A stretch of 64,000 bases of DNA from a virus. The notes under the pieces were generated by a model. The model ran no database searches and was not told where the DNA came from. It was given only the letters and a program-made list of their open reading frames with translations. Where the stretch lies: the IMG/VR virus record IMGVR_UViG_3300006139_000001; one strand, given 5' to 3'. How positions within the stretch are numbered: the stretch's first letter is position 1; each line of letters starts with the position of its first letter. The translations under genes and the position numbers were made by a program. Below are positions 47,565-57,497 of the stretch, one piece after another.

Positions 47565-49236
47565 TTATGTTACGCTCACTTGCGGAATGGTAAAATTTTC
47601 ACTGTTAATATCATCAAATAATCTATCTAAACCGACTTCAAAAGCGCCGATACCAGAGAAGTAACTACCAACTTTCAAATCATCAAACAAATAAGGCATC
47701 GCTTCGTATAGCTCTTTGAATATGTAATACAGAACATTTGTGACGATAGAGTTACCAGCTTGTTTATATAGCTGGCTATTGCTTACTCCTGCTTTCTCAG
47801 CTCTGTCAAATGCTTCATCTGAAAAACCCATAAGCCTCCAGCATTCTTTTGGCGTTAGTTTTCTAATTCTATAACCAACATCATTATTTTCAATCACTCG
47901 TTTGTCACCCCCGAATCAATGGTTCTAATCGTACCGATTGCATCATCTTTGAATGTTCGTAGACCTTCATCCATACGTCTTTCACATACCATTTTCATAT
48001 CATTTACCTTAACCAACACTTTAGGTTCTCGCTCTCCCCCCTGACAAGTGTTTATTGTTGGAGCAATACCGCCAATAGAATACACTCTGCCACATTGAGG
48101 ATTGCTAAATGTTGGTGTTCCTTTTCTTAAATTTCCTAATTGGATTATCTTGTTCATTATCATTCTCCAAAATCATTATTGAAGTTTTGATACCCAACGC
48201 TGCACATAAGGTAGGTGCAACACCCCCCCGCACCATATACAATGTTGGACTGATGCTTACCAGTTCCTTTTTCTAAAAAACCTACTTCTTCGATATTTCT
48301 CATAATTACTTCTTTGATAAGGCTACAACTCCATTCATACTTTGGTTTCCAAATCCTTTATAGTCTCTGGCAAGAAGTGTATTTGCAACTTCGGTTTCTC
48401 TATCGAAAACGCTACATTGTTTTGAGAAAAGTCCAGGCATTAAATCTGAACCATATCCCATTGATGTCGGTCTACACTTCCTCTCTCCCCCCCGCCCTTA
48501 TGGTGTTGGATATTTCTTTATCAAGTTTGCCACTTGATACAAGGTCATCAATAAGTGCTTTAGCTTGTGGAGTGTTGATATAATATTTCTCGTCAACTTC
48601 ATCTTCAAGAATATCTTTCAGCCTTAGACCATTATCAAACGGTTCTGGGAATTTGAACTTACCGTTATCAAACTCCTTCAGAATAATAATCAGATATACA
48701 CGTTCACGGTTTTGTGGAATACCGTAGTCTTTTGCATTTAACACCTGGAAATATGTATTATAGCCGTACTCGTGCAGCTCACCTAAAAACATCTGGAATG
48801 TCTCTTTGAACTGTTTACCGACGATGTTTTTGACATTTTCATAGATACCCCATTTAGGTTTATTGGCTCTAATAATTCTGAGCCATTCAACAAGTAACGA
48901 ACTTCTTGTTTTGTCAAGGCTCTCGCTGCCGCAATTCGGGCATTGATGTCTCTTTGAATAATGCACGGTGAGTGGATTGTATTCGTGACCACAATTAGAA
49001 CACTGCCACTTGCTACCTGCTTGCTTACCGGCTACTGAGAAATCTTGACACGGACTACCGCCACAAATCATATTAAATGGTTTTAGACTTGTCTCATCTA
49101 CTTTTGTTATATCTCCAAGATTTAAGGAATCATCAACACCATGCACAGCGCAGTAACTTTTCACAGCGTACTTATCAAACTCACAAAAATTCGCAAGTTC
49201 ATAACCTTTTCTTGAAGTGCTGTTTTTATTATCCAT
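47565..49236 (-). pseudogene. C5-cytosine DNA methyltransferase coding region broken into at least 3 ORFs (48472-49236, 47894-48163, 47565-47897) with G7 tracts at the breaks, and motif I located after motif X
   Basis: 48472-49236: PCQ (GGSPCQDFSVAGK), ENV, QNRERVYLI, starting right after the motif-I position (GYELANFCEFDKYA). 47894-48163: GRVYSIGGIAPTINTCQGG. 47565-47897: motif X RKLTPKECWRLMGFSD...AGNSIVTNV, then in frame motif I LKVGSYFSGIGAFEVGL. Minus-strand G7 tracts at 48487-48493 and 48223-48229. A -1 shift at each restores MTase-like sequence (…ANTLLARDYKG…, …IVYGAGGVAPTLCAALG…). Confidence 0.6.
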
Positions 49237-49377
49237 TTTCTATCTAAACACTCCTTATTCCAATACTTTTATCAACACCTAATAAATAATCAACTTACAC
49301 CATTCCTGTAACCTCTCAAAGTAGGAGAGGTTACTTTTGTTATTTCGTCGATAAAAACAGCATTTTATTATCTTTTA

Positions 49378-49701
49378 TTAAGCAAATGGGTCATATTCCT
49401 TTGGGTCTGCTTTATTTGCCCAATCAACCCACTTTAAAACTTTTTCACGTAATTCATCGTCTAGAAGAAATGGCTCTCGCACAAGAATAAGGTGTGAATC
49501 ATTCTTCATCATTTCTGCATTGCTAACAATTTCTTCGTAGTCAACTGGAAATAACAACATTTTTGAATAAACTCTATCTCCACGAGAATTAATTCGTCGT
49601 GTAAAAGTTGCTTCTCTAAATTCAAATTTTTTAGTAAGATGCGGATTCATTTCCAAGTCATATTCAACTATATAACCTATTTTCATAGATGCTCTGCTCA
49701 T
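49378..49701 (-). CDS. Hypothetical protein
   Basis: 107-aa ORF. Confidence 0.3.
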   Translation of the reverse strand: MSRASMKIGYIVEYDLEMNPHLTKKFEFREATFTRRINSRGDRVYSKMLLFPVDYEEIVSNAEMMKNDSHLILVREPFLLDDELREKVLKWVDWANKADPKEYDPFA

Positions 49702-49706
49702 ATATT

Positions 49707-49901
49707 TTACCTCCTACAGTTCATACAGTATTGATACGCTTCAATCTGACCTTCAAGAAATTTAATCTGAGCATTTTGTCCAACAATAGTTTCACGGCTT
49801 TGTTTTGATTCAATTTCACACTTACAAAGTTCATCTTTAAGTTTATCAACTTGACAACGCAACTCCTGATTTTCACACTTTAGTGCATTTAATTCGTCCA
49901 T
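49707..49901 (-). CDS. Small coiled-coil protein
   Basis: 64-aa ORF. Confidence 0.25.
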   Translation of the reverse strand: MDELNALKCENQELRCQVDKLKDELCKCEIESKQSRETIVGQNAQIKFLEGQIEAYQYCMNCRR

Positions 49902-49924
49902 ATGTAATCTCCTATCTTATTTTT

Positions 49925-50989
49925 TTACACAATTTCCTTGCATTTTTTCTCCCACGGAAATACACCATTACCAAAGTGACCAAACATTGCAGTAGGATAG
50001 TACTTAATATCTTTCAAATTAAGGTCACGAATAATATTAGATGGAGCGCATTCAGGATAAACCCAGTTAAGGTCAGTAATATTACCTTTGTCGGTTCTTA
50101 CATAAATACCAAGTGGGACATCTAAGCCAATGGCATAAGATAGCTGGATTTCGCACCAGCTAATATCTGGTTTAGATTCAAGACATTCAATAGCAAGCTG
50201 TCTTGCTTTGTATGCGGCACTACGGTCAACCTTTGTCGGGTCTTTACCGCTAAAGGCGCCTCCACCAACATTTGCAAACGATTGGTAATTATCAACCACA
50301 ATCTTTCTGCCGGTCAGACCTGCATCACCATCAAAACCTCCAATAAGGAACTTACCAGTGGGATTGATATGAAAAGATTCAATATTATCAATGTCATATT
50401 CGTGACAAACCTCAGTTACAAAGTCAATTAGAATCTTATCGGTTTCTTCTCGTTCAACCTCTGTATTCTGATAAGAGATAGTGAAGTCTTTAATACCAAT
50501 CAGTTTTTTGTCATTATCGTAAATACCAGTAATTTGAGCTTTACCATCTGGCAAAAATCTTTTATCATTGTGACATAGTGCATCATAAAACTTTGATAAT
50601 GTCTGAAGGATAACCATTGCTTTGGGTAAATACTGTGGCGTTTCTCTGCAAGCATAGCCGAACATCATTCCCTGGTCGCCAGCTCCACCAGTATCTACAC
50701 CCTGCGCAATATCTGGCGACTGCATTCCAATATTGTTGATAATCTCATAATTAGTCTTATAACCAATATCACGGAGAACAGATTTGACTACCGTTTCTAT
50801 GTTCACGTTTGCCGCCGAAGTGACTTCACCTGTGATAAAGATTTTACCCTTGCCACCAACTACTTCAATTCCGCAACGACTATTCTTATCCTGTTCAAGA
50901 AACGCATCAAGCAAAGCATCGCTAATCTGGTCGCAAACTTTGTCTGGATGTCCTCTAAACACAATCTCATTACTGTAAAAATAACTCAT
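49925..50989 (-). CDS. metK: S-adenosylmethionine synthetase
   Basis: MetK hallmarks GHPDKVCDQISDA, GAGDQG, GGGAFSGKDPTKVDRSAAY. 354 aa (somewhat shorter than bacterial MetK). Confidence 0.8.
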   Translation of the reverse strand: MSYFYSNEIVFRGHPDKVCDQISDALLDAFLEQDKNSRCGIEVVGGKGKIFITGEVTSAANVNIETVVKSVLRDIGYKTNYEIINNIGMQSPDIAQGVDTGGAGDQGMMFGYACRETPQYLPKAMVILQTLSKFYDALCHNDKRFLPDGKAQITGIYDNDKKLIGIKDFTISYQNTEVEREETDKILIDFVTEVCHEYDIDNIESFHINPTGKFLIGGFDGDAGLTGRKIVVDNYQSFANVGGGAFSGKDPTKVDRSAAYKARQLAIECLESKPDISWCEIQLSYAIGLDVPLGIYVRTDKGNITDLNWVYPECAPSNIIRDLNLKDIKYYPTAMFGHFGNGVFPWEKKCKEIV

Positions 50990-50993
50990 TCCA

Positions 50994-51266
50994 TTACTCC
51001 TTTGTGGGATTATAAACGCCTTGTTTTTCTATATAAACTTCAAAGCCGCCATCAACATTATCATTACATCTAACAAATGAATCTGGTTCTTCTCGAAGAA
51101 CAACACGGTTTTTAATCATGCACTCTATAATAGACTTATAAGTTTTAGCATTTTGCCTACGCTTGTGACACTTTAGGTCAGATTGAATATCTTCAATAAC
51201 TTTCAACACATCTTGTAATGCCGCTGTATATCCTTGAACGTAGGTAAAAGGGAACATTTTGTCCAT
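50994..51266 (-). CDS. Hypothetical protein
   Basis: 90-aa ORF. Confidence 0.3.
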   Translation of the reverse strand: MDKMFPFTYVQGYTAALQDVLKVIEDIQSDLKCHKRRQNAKTYKSIIECMIKNRVVLREEPDSFVRCNDNVDGGFEVYIEKQGVYNPTKE

Positions 51267-51268
51267 AT

Positions 51269-52642
51269 TTATATCTCCGTAATTTTATCTGCAACGTATA
51301 ACCCCATTGCGGCAGACTGACTTAAACCACGTGCAATTCCAGCACCATCGCCAATAAGATAGATATTATCGTAAATCATAAAGTTCTCATCATGTTTTGG
51401 TTTGATAGAGTAATATTTGCTCTCCAACCCATATAGCAAGGTATCATCGTTTGCCGTACCAGGAGCAACTTCATCAAGTGCATAAATTGTTTCAATAATA
51501 TTAGTCAAAATCCTATGTGGCAGTGCAAGAGATAAGTCGCCAGCAGTAGCTTTTAGTGTTGGCTTGACTGTATTTTGAGAAAGCCTATGGTCATTGGTTC
51601 TTCTACCACGAATTAAATCGCCAAACCTCTGCACAAGTACATTCCCGTTACCAATAAGATTAGCCATCATACTAAAACTTTTTGCATATACGGTTGGGTC
51701 ATTAAATGGTTCTGTAAAATTGATAGATGATAGAATGGCAAAATTGCAGTTCTCAGTTTTCTTATCAATATCTGAAAATGCGTGACCATTCGCCGTAATT
51801 ACACTACCATTATTTTCTGCGCTTACAATACCACCTTGGTTAAAACAAAACATTCGAGTCTTATCTTCAAAAGTCTTTGTTCGATACAGAATCTTAGGCT
51901 CGTAAATCTTAGAAGAAAACTCTCGCCAAATTGCATCTTCCATCTCTACACGAACACCAATATCAACAGCGTTTGAAACCACTGGAACGCCAAACTGTTT
52001 ACAAACATTCTGTACAAACTCTGCACCATTTCTGCCGGTGGCAAGGATAATCTTGTTTGTAAAATAATTTACATTCTTGCTTGATAACTGATAGCCACCA
52101 TCATCACACTTACTGATTTCAAGAATTTCTGTATCTGGTACTAACTCAACATAGTGGTTATACAACCAATTAATCAGCCTACTCATAATATCTAAGTTAT
52201 TGTCTGTACCAAAGTGTTTTACATTCATATCGAGCAACTGAAGGTTATGCTGTAAGCATTTTAGCTTTAATTCTTCATTTGTGCCGAATGTAGGAATATT
52301 CACACCTTCAGGGACAAAACAATCAAGAATATCATTTGCTGCGTTTATATAATCTATAGCGGTTTGTTCTCCAAGTTCATCGCCAAGAGTGCCACCATAA
52401 GCTGTACCAAGATTGTATTTACCATCAGAGAATGCACCTGCTCCGGCAAACCCACTTGTAATTGCACAGACATTGCAATGAGTGCAAGACATGCCATTTG
52501 ATGATGGACATTTTCGCTCATCAATCATCTTACCTCTGTCAATAACAGCAATCTTTAAATTGTTATCCCTTACTTTTAGACCATAAGCAGCCATAAGACC
52601 ACCAATGCCAGCGCCAACAATAATTACATCGTATTTGCTCAT
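51269..52642 (-). CDS. FAD-dependent oxidoreductase (COG2509-like)
   Basis: N-terminal dinucleotide-binding fold YDVIIVGAGIGGLMAA. Cys cluster CTHCNVC. 457 aa. Confidence 0.55.
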   Translation of the reverse strand: MSKYDVIIVGAGIGGLMAAYGLKVRDNNLKIAVIDRGKMIDERKCPSSNGMSCTHCNVCAITSGFAGAGAFSDGKYNLGTAYGGTLGDELGEQTAIDYINAANDILDCFVPEGVNIPTFGTNEELKLKCLQHNLQLLDMNVKHFGTDNNLDIMSRLINWLYNHYVELVPDTEILEISKCDDGGYQLSSKNVNYFTNKIILATGRNGAEFVQNVCKQFGVPVVSNAVDIGVRVEMEDAIWREFSSKIYEPKILYRTKTFEDKTRMFCFNQGGIVSAENNGSVITANGHAFSDIDKKTENCNFAILSSINFTEPFNDPTVYAKSFSMMANLIGNGNVLVQRFGDLIRGRRTNDHRLSQNTVKPTLKATAGDLSLALPHRILTNIIETIYALDEVAPGTANDDTLLYGLESKYYSIKPKHDENFMIYDNIYLIGDGAGIARGLSQSAAMGLYVADKITEI

Positions 52643-52650
52643 AATTTATC

Positions 52651-53145
52651 TTACTTCTCACTAAAAATTTCTTTAATTTCACCATTCTTGTAATAGATTC
52701 TTGCGTCAGGTGTAGTCCAACCATACTCATTAGCAAGATACTGCGCATATTCTTCGATGTTCTTGAACGCAATAGTACCAACATATTGTCTAGCGGAACT
52801 ATAAGAAGGAGTTTCAAATTCAGGCTGCTTAATAACGGTATATTTCCCATATTTACGATTCCATTCATCAATTACTGCATCTCTACCATGGAAATCATAC
52901 GAAGAAACCTTATAACCATCGGAATTGAGTTTTTCGATGTCGATTTCATCATAATAAGAACTCCATCTATCGCCGCAACATGGGCAATCTATACCCTTGC
53001 TTACACCATCCCAATAACAACCAAGGCTCTCGGCAATTTCAAGTGCATCTCCCCCGCAATCTGCCTCAATAAACAAACGATGGCATACTTTATCATTCAC
53101 GATAAAAGCACCGCCAGAATTATTCTGGTCAAACAAATAGAACAT
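52651..53145 (-). CDS. Hypothetical protein
   Basis: 164-aa ORF. Confidence 0.3.
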   Translation of the reverse strand: MFYLFDQNNSGGAFIVNDKVCHRLFIEADCGGDALEIAESLGCYWDGVSKGIDCPCCGDRWSSYYDEIDIEKLNSDGYKVSSYDFHGRDAVIDEWNRKYGKYTVIKQPEFETPSYSSARQYVGTIAFKNIEEYAQYLANEYGWTTPDARIYYKNGEIKEIFSEK

Positions 53146-53180
53146 AATAAACTCTCCTTTATTTTCTTTGTTTTTCTGAT

Positions 53181-54089
53181 TTAATTTATATATGTAAAGA
53201 TATATGCTATTACATCAACTGTCCAGCCATCTCCAATCAAGTCTGCTGCATCTTTTTCCGAAAGATTCTTTATATACTTTTCAGGAATAGTTTGTAATTT
53301 TGCTCGTTCCTCTTTCCAAAGGTATCTTGCACAATCAAATACATTTCCACTGTAATTATCAAATATCTCTGCTTTTGGTTTTGCGTTCCCAACAACTCTT
53401 TCAAACTCTTTCTTGCATTCTTCAAATTTCTCTTTGTTTGGGAATATCATCGTTGAAAAAGCCTTGTAAAACCATCTGTAAAACCTTTTGCTTGAAGTCC
53501 AATTACAACCATTGTAATAACCGTGAGAATCATTCTTCATTAAACAGCGAGATTTTTTATATGGGTAATAACCTTCAATTAAAATGTCGTTCACACTTAC
53601 ATCTTTTGTTGGAAAATTATCCACTGAAAAAGGTATGTTCGTCCAATAAAGTCTATCTCTCATTTGTGCGGTTATCTGTTTAGAATTTATACGAACCGGT
53701 TTTACTCCAAGCGATTCGGTTATAACTTGTTCGTCATCTTTCTTCATAATGACATTTTCCATTAGGAAATATCTTGGATTAACCTCATGTAAAACTCTAT
53801 TACATTCTAAAAACAAACCAGACCGAATCCTATCTTCAAGACCAATTCTTCTTTCTATTTTCATTGCTCTGCTAAAACTTTGGCAAGGAGAACCGAACAT
53901 TACCAAATCAAATGTTTCTTCAAACTTCCCAAAATCAGTGAATAAAATGCCATCTTTGTATTGAACATTATTTACATCTCCAATATGTATCGTGTCTGGA
54001 AAATTTTCTTTGGTCGTCCTAATTGCTATTTCTTTTATTTCAGAAGCATAATACTTCTTTACTTTGATGCCGACCTTTTCAAGCGCCAT
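53181..54089 (-). CDS. C5-cytosine methyltransferase-like protein lacking a translated motif I
   Basis: PCQ (MFGSPCQSFSRA), ENV (FLMENVIM), QxRxR (QMRDRLY), and a motif-X-like C-terminus. The open frame upstream of ATG 54089 encodes a degenerate motif I (ITVLSLCDGISCGR) but has no start codon back to the stop at 54171-54173. Confidence 0.55.
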   Translation of the reverse strand: MALEKVGIKVKKYYASEIKEIAIRTTKENFPDTIHIGDVNNVQYKDGILFTDFGKFEETFDLVMFGSPCQSFSRAMKIERRIGLEDRIRSGLFLECNRVLHEVNPRYFLMENVIMKKDDEQVITESLGVKPVRINSKQITAQMRDRLYWTNIPFSVDNFPTKDVSVNDILIEGYYPYKKSRCLMKNDSHGYYNGCNWTSSKRFYRWFYKAFSTMIFPNKEKFEECKKEFERVVGNAKPKAEIFDNYSGNVFDCARYLWKEERAKLQTIPEKYIKNLSEKDAADLIGDGWTVDVIAYIFTYIN

Positions 54090-54318
54090 TCTTCCACAAC
54101 TAATACCATCACATAGACTTAAAACTGTAATTCCATCTTGTGATGATAAAATATCTTTTTTATTACACCGCTAACCTTCAAAGTTTGAGAGGTTAAAAGC
54201 GTAAATAAAACCGATAGAACATATTGCTCAATGCTAAACTCCCAAATTAGGAGGATTTATGGAAGAAACAAGTGTTAAAAAAGATATTTACTCTTTGCCT
54301 CTCCCAATTACATTTCAT

Positions 54319-54366
54319 ATTATAGCACATTTCTATCGGTTTGTCAATAGTTTTTCTGATTTAATC
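54319..54366 (-). promoter_or_regulatory. Consensus promoter TTGACA-17-TATAAT with extended TGc -10, plus conserved upstream element
   Basis: rc(54342-54347)=TTGACA, rc(54319-54324)=TATAAT. Motif at 54351-54365. Confidence 0.55.
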
Positions 54367-54376
54367 TATGTGTTTT

Positions 54377-54739
54377 TTATTCTTGCCATTCGCTGCAATC
54401 AAAACCATTATCCTTCAACCAATTAGCAACTAAATGTCTGTGGCAAAAATCAGATGGTTTTTCATAACATACCAAGGCAATATCTTTTGTATCTGCCATA
54501 CCAAGAAGTTCTTTTACAACTTCTTTAGCGCTCAAAGTGTTTAATACCAATTTGTCATAGTTCTCAATATAATAATCATTGTCGTGGGTTTCTTTCCACA
54601 TCTTAAAGAATTCCCATTTTGGAGCTAACTTCTTATAAGACAAACCGGTATAAAACTTTGGCAAGCCACCACAAATTGCGATTGGTGTTATTGTCCCTGG
54701 CAACTTCCTTAATTTTGCAAAGTACGTTGTATAAATCAT
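54377..54739 (-). CDS. DUF488-like protein
   Basis: LVCYEKPSDFCHRHLVANWL pattern. 120 aa. Confidence 0.35.
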   Translation of the reverse strand: MIYTTYFAKLRKLPGTITPIAICGGLPKFYTGLSYKKLAPKWEFFKMWKETHDNDYYIENYDKLVLNTLSAKEVVKELLGMADTKDIALVCYEKPSDFCHRHLVANWLKDNGFDCSEWQE

Positions 54740-54742
54740 TGT

Positions 54743-56743
54743 TTATCCCTCGCACATTTTAATGAATTGTTCCTCAGTAATAATAGCAGTTCCAAACTTT
54801 GCTGCTTTCTGATTTTTACTTGAACCGCTATCAGGCTCATTTGTAATCAGATAGTTTGTTTTTGAAGTGACACTCGATACAACCTTGCCTCCAAACTTCT
54901 CAATATCATCAACAAGCCTATCTCTATTTTCATACTTAAACAGCTTTCCAGTAATGCAGAATGTCTTACCGCCAAATTTATTGTTTGTCGTTTCATCTTC
55001 ACTATCTTCTGCAATATTTAAGATAGAAATTAGCGGCTCAATTTTACTCAAATTGCTCTGCACATAAACATTGATTGCTGCACTCATAGAACTACCGAAA
55101 TTTTCAAGTACAGTCCAATCGTAGTTACTGCAAGCCAGGTCAACAAATACTCTAAAAATTCCTTTGTCGCTTTGAATTGCCGAGCAATGCTTTGATATTG
55201 TTTTTGCAGTAGACTTACCAATACCAGGAATACCAATCGCAACAAGAATATTGGAGAACTTGCAATTAATACTATCATCAATAGCTTTTATCAGGTTATC
55301 AACACTTGCTTTGCCAAAACCATCAATTTTTGCAATCTCGTCACGGTAATCCTTTAGATGATATATACTTGCAAAATCAGTAATGAAACCTCTATCCATG
55401 AGCGTTTTTAAGCGTTCTTCGGAAATACCAACGATATTCATTGCTTCTCTATGCGCAAAGTTTGAAATTCTATCGTGGTTAATACCTGGGCAATTGTTGT
55501 TTGTACAGAACAACATCTCTCTGCCAGTATCATTTTTTAGTGTAAGAGGTTGACCACAATTAGGGCAAACCGTTGGTAACTTATAATTGTTGCTTCTCGT
55601 TAGATTATCTGTAATCTGCGGAATAATCTGATTTGCCTTAATAATAGTAAGTGTATCACCAATACCAAGTTCAAGCTCTTTGATAATACTAACATTGCTA
55701 AGTGTCGCTCTGCAAACGGTAGTACCATCAATTTCAACTGGCTCAACAATAGCAACTGGATTAACCATACCAGTTCGGCTCGTACTCCACTCAATATCAA
55801 TCAGTGTTGTTTCATTGCGCTCCTGGTAAAACTTGAAAGCCAAAGAATGTTTTGGATGATGACCAGTACTACCGAGGCTATTACCATAATCAACATCATC
55901 AAATGCACCAACAATACCATCAAGAGGATATTTCATATTATCACATTCATCTTTTAGCTTGTTTGTTACCATATTAAAATAACCAGTGCATTCCATATGG
56001 CTTACAAAATTATGCTCACCACAATAATACGGAACTACTTCAAAACCAAGACTTTTTAAAAAACCAAAACCCGCACTATATGTTTTTACATACGGAAGAA
56101 TATCACCATTTTCATCTTTTGCACTATACAGCTTCCACGCAATAAACCTAACATGGCGATTAGCAGCAATCTTACTGTCAAGCTGGCGAACAGTACCGCT
56201 TACAAGATTTCTCGGATTCTTGTATTGGGTATTCTCATTCTTGTTAATCTGTTCAAAAGTGCCATAATCAATAATACATTCACCATCAATGATAAGTTCA
56301 CCAAGGAAAGGAATTGTAGCTGGAAGATTAGCAAATGTTTTTACATTATGCGTAATATCCTCTCCTACTTCACCATTGCCACGGCTCTCACCAAGAACGA
56401 GTTTACCTCCGCTATACTTAATAGATGCAGTCAACCCATCCATTTTAGCCATAAGACAAAAAGCGTAACCATTGAAATAATCAGCAAATTCCCGAATGTC
56501 AGTTGTCTTTCCAAGAGAAAGCAATGGATGATTATGCTTAACCTTATTTAACTTACTTACTACTTCATATCCAACAGTAGCAGTAGGAGAATCTGCATAC
56601 ACAATGCCAGTAGTCTGCTCCATCTCTGCAAGCTGGTCGAAAAGTAAATCATATTCCTTATCGGAAACAAGACTCATATTGTCGTTGTAATATGAGTCTC
56701 TATATTTGTTTAGCTTATCCACAAGCGTTCTCATTTCATTCAT
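54743..56743 (-). CDS. ligA: NAD-dependent DNA ligase
   Basis: Adenylation site MAKMDGLTASIKY (KxDG). GESRGNGEVGEDIT. Zinc finger CPNCG...CTNNNCPG. C-terminal BRCT GKTFCITGKL. 666 aa. Confidence 0.85.
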   Translation of the reverse strand: MNEMRTLVDKLNKYRDSYYNDNMSLVSDKEYDLLFDQLAEMEQTTGIVYADSPTATVGYEVVSKLNKVKHNHPLLSLGKTTDIREFADYFNGYAFCLMAKMDGLTASIKYSGGKLVLGESRGNGEVGEDITHNVKTFANLPATIPFLGELIIDGECIIDYGTFEQINKNENTQYKNPRNLVSGTVRQLDSKIAANRHVRFIAWKLYSAKDENGDILPYVKTYSAGFGFLKSLGFEVVPYYCGEHNFVSHMECTGYFNMVTNKLKDECDNMKYPLDGIVGAFDDVDYGNSLGSTGHHPKHSLAFKFYQERNETTLIDIEWSTSRTGMVNPVAIVEPVEIDGTTVCRATLSNVSIIKELELGIGDTLTIIKANQIIPQITDNLTRSNNYKLPTVCPNCGQPLTLKNDTGREMLFCTNNNCPGINHDRISNFAHREAMNIVGISEERLKTLMDRGFITDFASIYHLKDYRDEIAKIDGFGKASVDNLIKAIDDSINCKFSNILVAIGIPGIGKSTAKTISKHCSAIQSDKGIFRVFVDLACSNYDWTVLENFGSSMSAAINVYVQSNLSKIEPLISILNIAEDSEDETTNNKFGGKTFCITGKLFKYENRDRLVDDIEKFGGKVVSSVTSKTNYLITNEPDSGSSKNQKAAKFGTAIITEEQFIKMCEG

Positions 56744-57497
56744 GCTTATATTCCTCCCAAGGTATTCTTACCTTATATTTGTTCTCATAATATGTAGTTC
56801 TGACACCACAGGTTTTACACCAATTATCCAAGAAGTCTTGTAATTCTTTTCGTGCTGTGTCACTTATATCATCACTTGCATCTTCATATAAATCATCTGT
56901 CGCATTTGAAATAACATCATAAGCGTCAATACTCATATCAACAGGGTCAGTCGCCCAAACAAATTCAGGTCGCTCATCTTCATTAACTTCGCCATTTTCG
57001 TGCCAATAGTCAAAGAATTCTTCCCAATCACTAAAATAGCCATTGTCATAACCATAATCATCAGAATAGAAAAAATAAGATTTTTCTAATACATCTGGCG
57101 GTGCAAACGGAGCATCAATTAAAGCCTGTTTTCTTTTTCTTGCGTATTCTTTCTCATTAATCTCTCGTTGCTTCTTACAATTATGCTTTAGAAAACCACG
57201 TTCAATTATTTCACCACATTGTTCGCAACGATGGATAATACCATTAAAGCAATGTGGACAGAATATAACAGATTGGTGATTATATGGGAATAAGCCAAGT
57301 CTTTTGTCTGGGTCATCAGATAAACCGTATGGATTATCTCTAATCACCAAACCAGTTCCGTGACAATATGGACAGATTTCTTCGTTTCTATGTAAATCTT
57401 TTCGCAAATTCGCATTTATAAGGCTTTCCATATATTCTTTATCAGTTACATACTCTGTTTTTGGTTTTACAAAGTTACTCATTTTCATTCCTCCCAC
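56736..57497 (-). CDS. Hypothetical zinc-finger protein with acidic C-terminal half
   Basis: CPYCHG...CPHC...CEQCG. 253 aa. Confidence 0.3.
   Translation of the reverse strand: MGGMKMSNFVKPKTEYVTDKEYMESLINANLRKDLHRNEEICPYCHGTGLVIRDNPYGLSDDPDKRLGLFPYNHQSVIFCPHCFNGIIHRCEQCGEIIERGFLKHNCKKQREINEKEYARKRKQALIDAPFAPPDVLEKSYFFYSDDYGYDNGYFSDWEEFFDYWHENGEVNEDERPEFVWATDPVDMSIDAYDVISNATDDLYEDASDDISDTARKELQDFLDNWCKTCGVRTTYYENKYKVRIPWEEYKHE

Noticed and set aside
10911-54366. Recurring tttttctgatttaat motif read as a rho-independent terminator
   Set aside because: No adjacent GC-rich hairpin. On the gene strand it reads A-rich (AATTAAATCAGAAAAA) and sits upstream of starts and promoters, not after stops.
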